From the NCBI GenBank assembly GCA_905178155.1, contig CAJINV010000004.1, positions 7,034,358 through 7,098,357 on the forward strand: a stretch of 64,000 bases of DNA, written 5' to 3'. Source of the stretch: Amoebophrya sp. A120. Taxonomy: Eukaryota > Protista > Dinoflagellata. This document shows positions 25,701 through 37,700 of this stretch, piece after piece. Under the pieces are notes generated by a model. It was not told the origin of the DNA. It did not search any database and was given only the letters and a program-made list of their open reading frames with translations. Position 1 is the first letter of the stretch, and each line of letters opens with the position of its first letter. The position numbers were made by a program, and so were the translations under genes.

Positions 25701-28700
25701 GTTGTTGCAGCAGTGGTACTATTACTATGTTCTTCCGCGTGCTTGTTCCCACCTCGACGACCCGCCACGGAATAATTTTTACTGCTTGCCAGCCAGCCAG
25801 TGCCTTTCAGGTAGCCAGCGAAAACCGGATCGGGGTCTTTCAACGCGGCTTGACGCATGCGCTGCCCTTGGTTCACGGCGCTCATTATCGAATGGCTCCA
25901 ATCCGGAAGAACTTCACCGTTGGAATCATTTTGGTGCGGTGGACGAGATGTAGTTGGCGCTGAGGACAGTGACATCATGATCCCTTCTTGTTCATCTACT
26001 TGAGCAACCGAGAAAGAACTATTCTCAGCGGCGCGTGCAGCTCCTGCACTTCTGGCTGTAGTTTCGTCGCACAAGAGAGATGAAACAGCAGGACCTGTTT
26101 GATGTTTCTTTTCCTGCTTCATCTGCTCCTGCTGTGCCAGGCTTCTTTTATCTTTCTGTTTCTTTGCCGCGACGGTGGCCCTCGAAGCGGTCCGCTCCAC
26201 TTCGAATTCTTTGCGGAGTAAACTATGAAATGCAAAAGCATCGTACAACTAGTAGAAATCGCATTACAAATTTCCTCAGCATTACAAATTGAATTTGTAA
26301 TGCTGATTTGCCTTGAGAAAGAAATTTGTAATGCATAAATGCAATTACTAAGACTACGATGCTTTTGCACAGGATATAAACTGTACTGCGCCAGCTCACT
26401 GAACCCATAGTACGACTCCGCTTGATTTCCGACCACCGACTATCCAGAGTAAATTTCCTTTTCCCGCACACATACTTACAAATGCGGTCTCCGTCTCTGC
26501 ATGACAAAACTTGGCTCCGATCTTAGTTTAGCATGACAAGCGTTACAACGCCCCAAATTGGTCGTGAAATTTGTGATGCATCTTGTACTACATGTGCGGG
26601 AAATTTGTGTTGCATATCGACCACTGCTTTTCCACAAACGCGTTCCGTGGATGGTTCCGTTCCGCTAGCCGCATTATCCTGTGCAAAAGTATCGTTCTCG
26701 TAGTAATCGCAATCATGCATTACAAATTTTTTCCCTAAGCTAAATCCACATGACAAATTCCATTTGTCATGCTGACCGAATTTGTAATGCGATTTCTACT
26801 AGTACGATGCTTTAGCTTTTGCACTGCGTACGCATCTCAAACGCTAAATTCCCACAGGACCGTGCCCAGGAACACTGCCCATTCCAGAAGTAGGGGTGCA
26901 GCAACTCGTGCGGCGTAGACAAAACTAGTCTGGTTAAGGTGATGTCGTTAGAGAGCATCGCGTGCTCCAACAGTGAAGTAACCTTCCCGACGGGAACCGC
27001 CGCCTCCGGATGCCAGTAGTCAGACGCCGAAACCTGCTGCACGTCTGACCGCTATGGAAGCGTCAGGATTGAAATCGTCAGAGTTGAAATAGTTTGTGAT
27101 GCATAAAACGCAACCCACAAAGTGCGCATCTTGCAGAGTAGGCAAGGGAGGCAGGTTGTGAGCCTGTTGAGGGGTAGAAACAGACCTGCTAAAGCAGCAT
27201 GACAAAAGGCGTCCTCCTTACCCAAACAGCATTACAAACTGGATTTAGGCACCACCAACATTTGTCATTCGCCACTTGGGAACTGTGTTCCAACTGGCAT
27301 CCATTTTACGCATGGCAAATCATTTCAACTTTGTCGATTTCAATCCTGACACTTCCATAACCGCCACCGGTTTGCCAACAGCCCCGTGTACCAGATCGCG
27401 GGGCCGAGATACAGACCCGGGAAGCGCGGCTGGGTGACGTGATTGCGGTCGCTGGAGCCGGTAAACGGGTCGGTAAAGGAAGTTCCTTTGGTGGCTAGAA
27501 TAAGTTGCTTCTCACTGTACAAATTGGTGTCCGGGACTTTGAGGGTAGCTTTCACAAAAAACGGGTCCCAGATCGGCCGCGACCACCGTTCGTCTGCCGA
27601 GTCGGTCGCCATAAAGTTCCACACCGTGTCCGGCATGTAGAACAGGATCTCTTTCAGCTTCTTTTTGTCGGTCCGGAACTGGTATGCGTTGCAAAATTAT
27701 TGGACTCGTCTAAATGCATTAAAACAGCATGAGAAATAACATTTGTAATGCGGATCTACCTTAAGAAAAAGATTTGTAATGCATGACTGCAATACGAGTA
27801 CGACACTTTTGCAATGCATAACTGGTGCAGCTTCGCCATCCACCAGCGGACGGTGTTCACGTTGACGCAGTCGTGCAGCCTATCCTGAGTGAAAATGTCC
27901 CCACCCCAAAGTTGTCATGCAGATTTGCGATTACAGGAAGATTTGTAATACGCATCTCCAGGAGATGCATTGCCAGTCGTGTTTTGGAATTCGTAATGCT
28001 GCAAACACGATAAGCAGATGGATTTGTGATGCGGTTGTCCTTGCTAACATGCACTACACTACGGACTGCAACTTGTCATGCGTGGCTACCAAGAGTTCTG
28101 GATTTGTGTTGCTAAGTTCCCAACTTGACTATGGGGTGGGGACGTTTTTACATATGATACAGCCTTTTACTGTGCACCCCGATCAAAACCTTCGCAAGTT
28201 TTTTCGGGGGAGGCATTTGCGGTGGTGTCTCCGGTTGTTGGTGCTGGGGCCCGATCAGAGGAGGCGGGGGAAGGGTAGTTGTTCGCTCGGTTTGCTGGTT
28301 CGGATCATTATTTGTGGGTCCTGCTGCAAGTTCATCTACGGTTGCTGCATTTAGAAGTCCTTCCGGCGTTTGCGGTTGAGATGTTGAATTTGGTGCATCA
28401 AGTGCAACTCCACTTCCACTTCCTGCTGCCGCCTGCAATTGCTGCACGAGCGATGTCATACCAGTACCGCCCTGTGCAACAGCTCCTTGATACGCTTGAG
28501 CAGCTGCCACTGGAGCTTGTGCTCCTTGTGCCGCGCTGCTACTTCCTCCACCAGCTCCTTGTACAACCCCCGGGAGGTCTTCGGAACGTGGCGGGGGGTC
28601 CGCAAAGTCGTCCCGCTCTTCCAAATAGTCTTCATTGTAGGGATTGGCAGCCTCCCTTGCGGTATCAAATGCAAAAATGTCTGGGTCTGGAAGGTTGGAA

Positions 28701-31700
28701 CTTGTGATGCTAACTTTGGAACCCGGAACCCTGAGGTGATGCTACTAAGGGAAAATGGAACAATCCTCAGTCCGAACGCGTCGAAAAAGAGGGGGCCATA
28801 ATCCCCTGGGGTTGAGCACGGGGTGGCCCCATGTGGCAGTGATGCAAGATCACCACCGGGTAGAGGAGCGGGAGTATCACCTGGAGGAACTCCACAGAAC
28901 CTCAACCAACCACTGCCCCGCGATCACAAATGCAGACCCACCATCGAGAACCGAGGGGGAAGCAACCCCGAACACCCTTCCCTGCACCCGAATACCGAAG
29001 GGGAAGAAGATGCCCAACAGTTTAGACGGGGGCAGAGGATTCTAGAAAAATCTGTATTGCATAACCCGCAAGAGGAGTCTAGTTTCTGCTACGCGGGGAG
29101 GGCATTTGTCATGCATACCCGACTGCACCACATCAAAAACCTTTGCACCGTCGCCGCAAGCAGCTTCGGACGCAGGAGATCTAGGGTCACAACCGCGAAA
29201 AACATCGCGAGTACTTCTTCATCCCCGGGCACTTATGTTATCTTTACCTTACTTCTCGCTAACACTGTATGGAGGGCATTTGTCATGCGGAGTAGGCATG
29301 ACGAAGCCTTCTACAAGTCTGTGATGCTAGATCGTGCATTACAGACATCCTGGGTCATGCAAAATATGCATGACAAACCCGGCAACATTCCAGACCCAGA
29401 CATTTTTGCATTTGATATGCGGCTTGCGCTGCGATGACCAAGTCCGGCTGAAACGGGGTTCTATTCCGCGGCGGAGCTCTATGAGAGTGCACAACTCCCC
29501 CTCCCCCTCATTTGTGTTGCATGAACAGCAACACAAGCGCTGGCAAAGATGTAGCTTTTGCATGACAAATTCCTAGCTGATTGTAGTGCTGTTTTCGCTT
29601 TCGGAATCTGTCATGCAAAGAGTGCTAACAAGCAGAAGGTAGACGTAGATTGGGGATTTTGCATGACAAATGAGGGGGAGGGGGAGTTGAGCAGTGTCAT
29701 AAGCTCCTGCTGCGGGTGCAGGTCGACGAGATTGTATCGGATTTGCTGAACGAGAGCCAACAATTGTTCTCCCCGCTCCTGCAGCTGCAGCCGTCGTTGG
29801 TTCCAGTACCGTGGACACCCAAGTTCCCCCTTGGCGCGCAGCCCCACCGGACGGCCCCGTCGGAAGTCCTACTTGTGCAAAAGATGACGCACCTCGTCCT
29901 GCCTGTGGTGGTGCCGAGGCAGAGGAGGATCTTGTTCCTCCCTCAGTCGGGTCAGGAACAGGAACAGGAATATCAGCCGCAGCACCAGTAGTGCTTCGGC
30001 CTAAACGAGGACCAGACTCGTCACGACGGTCATCAGCTGAAGAGGACCGCGACGGAGTACTAGCGCCACTACGGTTCTCGCGACCGCTGCTCGACGTTGA
30101 CCCTGGCGGGTCTTCTTCGGGGAGATCGTGGTGGTCGTAAATCTCTTCAACTTCCTCGTCGCTGCGGCGTTCTTCAGGCTCCACTTCCTCACTTCGAATC
30201 TCTTCGTCTTCAGCATCTCCTTCGCGGTCCTGGTCGCTGTTGAGATTCGCCTCGTGGCCGCTGCCATGTTGATGCTCTATCCCTATGCAGTGCAAAAGTA
30301 TCGCACTCGTATAAATGCATTACAGCTTCCCTCAGCATGACGAGAAATGAAATTTGTAATGCTGTTTTACCTTAAAACAAAGCTTTGTAATGCATGATTG
30401 CAATACGAGAACGAGTACGATACTTTTGCACAGGATAATCCCTTCCTCGTCCTCTTCTTCCTCCGGCTGCTCGGCCCGGTACACAATGTGGTAGTCCGGC
30501 TCGTCGTTGCTTGACGGATTGTTCTATGAATTGCAAAAGCACCGTACTAGTAGGAATGGCATGACAAATTTCCTCTGCATTACAAATGGAATTTGTAATG
30601 CTGATTTTCCTTGAGAAAGGGATTTGTAATGCATAAATGCAATTACTACGAGTACGATACTTTTGCACAGGATATGTTCGCGGACGAATTCTCCGTGGAC
30701 CCGTCAAACTGCTGCTCTTCTGGCGCAATTCCGTATGCTGTGCAAAAGGTACCAAACTCGTAGTAATCGCAGTCATGCACGACAAGTCTCCTTCTTGAGG
30801 TGAATCCGCATCACAAAGTCATCCGTTTCTCATGCTGAGCAAATTATTTGTCATGCGGTCTACACTACTACGATTACGATACTTTTCCAATTCATATGCC
30901 GATCTCGTAGTCAATCCCGTCCTGTCTCTGCAAGGAAGACTGTTCCTCTGGCGTCTGAGCCCCGGTGCCCGGCGTTTCCTGCCCCGCGGGGAGGAAGTCC
31001 ACCGGTCGGAGGTTAGGGTTAGGCCGTCCCTCTGCCATGGAAGCACCACCAGCAGATCGCTCGAGTTGTGCACCAGCAGGAATGGCAGGAATATGAGCTT
31101 CTCCGGAACTACCACTACTACTGCTCGTCCCTGCAGTTCCTGTATTCAAATTAAAGTTGTTTCCGCTAGATGGCTGTTCCCACTCGAATAAGACTGGCGT
31201 CGCCGGTTGATGCTGCTCGTCTTGCGACAATGCTAATGCCGAGGACGCCTCTGCGAGTAGTTCCTGCATTCTGCTCTCGTCCAATCCTGGCGGCGATGGT
31301 GGGAGATCATGATGGGGAGCAGTTGCAGTGTTAGGAGGTTCTTGGGCAGGAGCTACGGGCGGCGGTGCGCTGGACGAGGTCGGCGCGTCGTCCACGACAG
31401 CAATGTTGATGTTCAAGCCCGACCAAAGATTCGTGTTGTTCACGGTCACGACCACATCTTCATTAGGGTCGACAGGCTGCGCAGAAGATGAAGATTCAGG
31501 TCGTGCTACGGGTCCTGCTCGTCCAGGTTGTAGTTGTCCTGCTTCTACTTCTTCATCCTCCAGAACTTGTGCTGGCGAGGGGTAGGGCGTGAAGCCGCTG
31601 GTTGTTGAGGTCACTATCCCCTCTGCGTTCGCCGTTTGCTCTCGCACCGCACGGACGAGATCGTCGTGGGACACGCCGGGGACTTCAGACATTTCTTGAC

Positions 31701-34700
31701 TTGGAATGATGAAATCTGGACTGCTGGTGTTACTCAGGATGTTGTCGTCCCCTTCTTCTTGCAGCTGCACGCCGGCTCCGTTGTCAACACGACCTCCATC
31801 TTGCGGCTGCTGTAGTTGTAGGTGGTCTTGAGATGAAATATCTATCTCCTGTACAACCTGCTCCTCCTGAGACGACTGCATCTCGTGCACATGCACCGGC
31901 GTCCAGGTGGCGGGAAAAAAGGGGAAATTCGGGGTGTTCATTTCATCTTGAGAGCCTGGCGCATCTTGATCTTCACCTTCCCCGCTCTCCTCGGCGCTGG
32001 TTTGCGGCCGGAAAGGAAGCGGGGAATGCGGCGGAAGTCTCGGTGGCGGCATCGGGGGCGGCGGTGGCAATGAAGTAGAAGTACTTATTTGGTTGTTCAT
32101 TCCGGCCCCTACTTCGCCGGTTGAAGAAGATGACGCGGCATGACTAGTTACTGAACGAGCGCCGTGGTCTTGCGCAGGAGCAGCTTCCACATCATGCTCC
32201 TGACTGGATGACGTGGTCTCTCCCCCAGCGTGTGTGGTCGCACTGGTTGGCGGAGGTGTCCGTAGTGGTGTTGGGGTGGGGATCAGGTCCAGGTGGTCTT
32301 GTGTCGCGTCATCTTGATGTATCGCGGGGTCCTGAGACGCAGCAAGCCCTGGGGGGGACTGCTCAACTAACGCGTTCCGATCGTCTGAAAGTGGCGACAC
32401 GCCCCCCGCTGATGTACTGACGACAGGACGACTTCTACCCTCCTGCGCTCCTGCGGTGCTGGCGAGGGTAATACTATCCGCGCTCGTTTGATGTGTCTCT
32501 CCGCCCGGGCCGCGGAGGTGTAGTCCTCCTCGTGCGGCAGCAGAAGCCGCAGCCGCTTTCGCTTCATGTGCACCACCACGACTGGCACCACCACGCGCGT
32601 GCTCCGAGCTGAGCTTGCCCCCAGCACTTGCTAAGGTCGCCGTGATCACTCCGGCGCGCCTTCCCGCCCGCGTTTTTTCCCTGCCCTGTTCCTCGGTTTT
32701 CAGCTTCATCAGAAATTCGACCTGTCCGGTTTCGCTGTCGACCTCTACATTCGGTTCGTTGATCTGTAGCTGCAACGCTGGCTGGTCTATCAACTGCGCA
32801 AATGTCTGGGTCTGGACGAATGCCAGACACGTCATGCAGGTTTTCCATGACCCATGAGATCTGGTACGTAGGACATAGCATGACAGACTCTGTGAGAGTT
32901 CTATCATGCCTATCCTGCATGAGAAACTGCCTCGCGATTAGGTCAAAAGTGAGCCGCTTTTGGTAATCATGCAACACAGATTTATTTTACATGATTCAGA
33001 TCTAGCATGACAAGTTGCTTTGTTCCAGACCCAGACATTTTTGCATTTGATATGGTCCAGCCCCCCGGACACTTCGTAGGGCGCAATCGTCCAAAGCGAG
33101 TCCACGGAGTTCTGCGCTGATAAAAAAGAGCAGTGCTCGTAGAGCCGCTCGTGGTCGTACGAATCACTGCTCCTCGACGAAGTTGGTGCGCGGTCGTAGT
33201 TCTCGTTGTTGCACTCCTCCAACACGAGAGGCTCGTGCTCCGCCTGCAGGACAACCAATGCGTAGTTTTTCGCGAAGTCGTTCTGTCGCTGTTTTTCGTC
33301 GTAGTTCGAAACGCCGCCGTCCCACAGACAAATGTTGTCCACCTCCTGCCGCGAGCCGGGAAGCTCCTCCCCAAAATCCGCGCGGAACAGGAAACTCAGC
33401 TGCTCGAAATCCAGATCGTCTCTGTGGAGTGGTTGATCATCATGTTGATCATGTTGTCCAGCAGTGCTGTTTATTTTGCCATCATTCGCCGAAGATCCTG
33501 CTGCGGCTGTTGATGATGTTCCAATTGTGCTAGTTCCACCCCGACGACCTCCATGCATTTTATTTTCAACGATGGCCGAAGATTGCAGGTTTTGGAGGTG
33601 AGGGTTCTTCTGATCTGCCAAAAGCCCAGCGAGTACGTTTGCCCGCGTATTCCTGGTTTTTTCCTGGGCCTGAAATTGCTTGTCGTGGAGGTCCAGCACG
33701 GTCTTGTCCGCTTCCATAATGTTCATCTTGTTGTGTCCTAACACCTTCTCCGCAAAGTCCTCGTGTTTAAAATTTTCCAAGATCGAAGCCTCTTCGGCGA
33801 AACTGAATCTCTCGCCCGGCATGTCGTCTAAAAATCCTTTCGCTGCGTTTTCCACAAACTCAAACGCGAAGCCTGATTGGTGCCGGAAGCGGTACAGCGG
33901 ATAATTGTTGCTTCCACCCGATGAACTACCCTCGAGGTAATGCTTGAACTTCAAGTTCTCTGCAACAGTCCTTCCGGGCAAAACATTTTTCACCTCCGCT
34001 TTCGCTATTGTATCACCTTGCACGCGAAAGGGGATTCTGTCTACCTCGCCAGTGGTTGTTGATTCGATTTTGTGCTTCGGTTATGGTGTGAATCACCTCC
34101 CCACGCATCCCCTCCCCACCTCCCTACCTCCCCGCCCTGGGGAGGTGCCTCCCCAGTGGTGGGGAGGTGGGGAGGTACTTCCCCGCCTCCCCACCTCCCA
34201 GTCGTCCAGCACTTCCCCACTGCGTTGCACTGCCCCGTGATTGTCGAGCAGAACGTGACTACGTCTGGATGCATGCTGCTTGGCTTCTGTGCCATCTACC
34301 TCGCGGCGATGAAGCCAGGTATCTGCCACAACGCACATGACTCCTCATCCTGCATGACAGATCAGCCTATGTACGCGGCCACCAGATGGCGGCCGGCGGC
34401 CCTAAGGTGGCGAACATGGAGTGACTCTCTCACGGGGCACGCAAGGCAATGCGACAGGGGGTCAAGGCACGGGAATACGACGGGGGCAAAGGGCGCACAA
34501 CATAAGAAAAAAAAAAAACGGAAGCCAAAAAGGTGGCGCACGAGGGCGGAGAAGGAGGAAACAACACGAGAAAACAAAAAGAGAATCGGCGAGGCCAGCC
34601 TGCGCGACGGCGCCGTCGCGCCGGCTGACCTCGACGACCCTAAACCCCGAACCCTAAACCCAGACCCAAACAACCAAGGCCGCAGCCGGCTCTGCTTCTG

Positions 34701-37700
34701 CATCACCTCCGGCCGTTACGGTGGTGATGCGAGCGCGTCACGAGGTGATGCGGGGGAGGTGGGTAGGTGATCCGGGTGGGGGGGTGATGCGTGGGGAGGT
34801 GATTCAAAGGGGTGGGGAGGTGATTCACACTCCTACCTTGTGCTTCGCCATCGCGATCACGAGACGGTCCTCCTCGCGCACCTCGTCTTTGTGGAAAAAA
34901 GGGCTGGAGAATTTTTTCTGCGGTCGTCGTGGGTGTGGTACTTGTTGAGGACTAGATCTTGCTCGTGAAAAAGAACTAGATCTTCCAGACGATGTAGTGC
35001 CACCACCAGCTGTAGAGGACCCTTCCTCGCTTGACGTCCTGGCACCACCTCCCCCGGGTGTACTAGCGCTGGTCCTCCGATGCACCTGCTGATTCCAATC
35101 AATCATCCATTCGGATTCTGGCAGCTGCGGTGGTACAAAAAAGGGATTTGATGTAGTGATTGGGCTCTGTTGCTGTTCTTGCGCGGAGGTTGAACGACCA
35201 GACGAGTAGTTCTGGGCCTCACCTCCAAGTGCAGGAGCTCCTCCCGCCCCTGTTATTCCCGCCGTCGCCGACGTGGTAATTATTTCTTGACCAGAATATG
35301 ACGTGCTGTGGAGTAGAGCATGATCACTTACTCCTGAATATCAAAAGAAAAAGTGTTAACGTTACCGGAATTGAATTTGTGATGCACTAACGCATCAGGA
35401 AAGGTGCCCAAATTTGTATTGCGTAGCATGCATGGAAGGCAAAATTTGTATATGCATAGCTGCCATCTGTGACAACCGTTAACGTTGTAACACTTTTTTG
35501 TTTGATACTGAAAAAGCCGGTGGGTACACACCCCTTCCCGGGGGCACAAGGCGGTCCGGCGTGTTGCTGTAATCGATCAAGTATGCATGGCAAAAGTATC
35601 GTGCTAGTAGTAATTGCATTACAAATTAGCTCAGCATTACTACAAATTGAATTTGTAATGCTGATTTACCTTGAGAAAGTAAAGAGATTTGTCATGCATA
35701 ATTGCGATTAGTACGAGTACGATACTTTTGCACAGGATATCAAGCGGTTCTCTTCGAGGTCTCGGAGTTCTAAATATTCGTCTTCAATGTCCAAGGCCTC
35801 GTGCAGCAGGAGCCTTGTTGTACTACTATGTTCATCTTGGCCATCATCATCATCATCATCATCATCATCTCTGCTCGGCATGTTGATGCGCACTTCGCTT
35901 TGGGCCTCAGAAACTTTCTTGTGGACGTCGAGATGGACTGCCTCAGAAGATGTTCCTTTCTTCTTCAAGCCTTGTTGTACTAGTTCCTGCCCTTCTTGTT
36001 TCTCGTTATTCTTTGCGAGAACAACCTTCAGCAGATTGCCGTCCGAGAGCGACCTTTGCTGAGAGGCTTGCAGGGACGTCGAGAGCAGTTCTTGTTGAGA
36101 TGAACCGCCACGTCGTGGACTTCCTTTTCCTCCTGCATCATGAAGAGTTTCATCTTTCCTGTCAAGGAGCCCCTCCTCGCCGAAGAAGAAGATCCTCTCC
36201 CCTATATTATCTTCTCTCTCCACCGCGAATTCGTAGGCTAAATTTCCCTGTGCCCGCTCCTGGTCAAAATCGAGTTTCTCGTCGGTATACACCGAGCTCG
36301 CGGGTAACGGCACCCCGGACACAATTTCGTCAATCCACTGCAAATCCTTGAATTGCGCGAATTTTTTCAACTGCAGGACCGGTCGATGGTCCTTTTTCCT
36401 CTCGAGTATCTGCATTTTGAGTGCCTGCATCTTCGCGAGTTGGTACTGTTCGAAGTGTTGTGCGGGTTTTTCCGCCGGGAAATTGCGGACGTCTTCCTCG
36501 TATCCTGTGCAAAAGTATCGCACTCGTAGTAATTGCGTTACAAATCTAATTCTCAAGGTGAATCAGCATTACAAATTTATTAATTTTGTAATGCTGGGCC
36601 ACTTTGTAATGAAATTTGTACGTAGTACGATGCTTTTACATTGCATACCTCGGCAAGGAGTTCGAGTTGGAGGGAGTTTTTCTCTAATTCCAAGTCCTCA
36701 AACGTCCGGTCCAAGTGTATCAAAATGAAAAATCCCCCCTCCCCATATCGAAAACGAATTTTGTGATGCTGTATTTGAGTACACAAATCGACTTGTTATG
36801 CTAGAAGGCCAAGAGACGCAGCTGTTGCCTCGTTTGCAGGAAATTTGTCATGCTGTTTCCCACTTCCAGCTGCCCCCTGTCATGCTGAAGACGCAAGGCT
36901 TTCCCACGCCAACCACCACTACAGTCGCAGTCCGCATCTTTTCCCCTCTAGCATGACAAAGCTGATTTGTGACCACAAATCTGTATCACAAATTTCTAGT
37001 TTGAGTACGGGGTTGTACGGGGATTTTTCACTTTGATAAAGTGCTCCATTTTGTTCCACTGCGCATACCGCATCCCCCCACACGCGAAGAGATACTGGGC
37101 GGCTAAAGAGCGCGCCTCCTCAACGGGGATGGAGATCTTCGTGTGTTGATGCTGCAGCGGCTTTCGATGACCCAGACTGGACGTCGAGTGGGAGGCTGGC
37201 CCGCGGCCAGGTGGAAAAGCCAAAGCGACGTCTTGCTTCTCCAGCACATAACTCTTTGCAGTGCTTTTCTTGTTGCGGAAGAAGTTTTCGTAGCAGTGCT
37301 TCATCTCCACGAAGCCGGTTTCGACGGTGACGACTTTGCTTGATGACTTACTGGTGTCGCTAGGATTTTTGATGTCAGAACCAGCTTCTTTATCCGCGGA
37401 CGTCGTGTTCTTTGTCTTCATTTCCTCCCCAGCTGCACCGTCGGTATCCACTAGCGTCTGCTTCACGTACGGTGTCAGATGGGTCGACCGCACCCAGACT
37501 TCAAACACCTTCGTCCTGGGAATGCCCGCGCGGAGCACCCTCTGCTCCGGGAGGGGCGTCTCCCGGAAATCTAACAGCCCTAAAAGCATAAAATCCGCAT
37601 TCAACTCATTGCGGAAGTCGGATTCTCTTTCAAACAGCAGGGTCCCCGCAGTGTTGCTGTAGATCACATACGGGGCGGTTGTCGTCGTGGTCCTCGCAAA

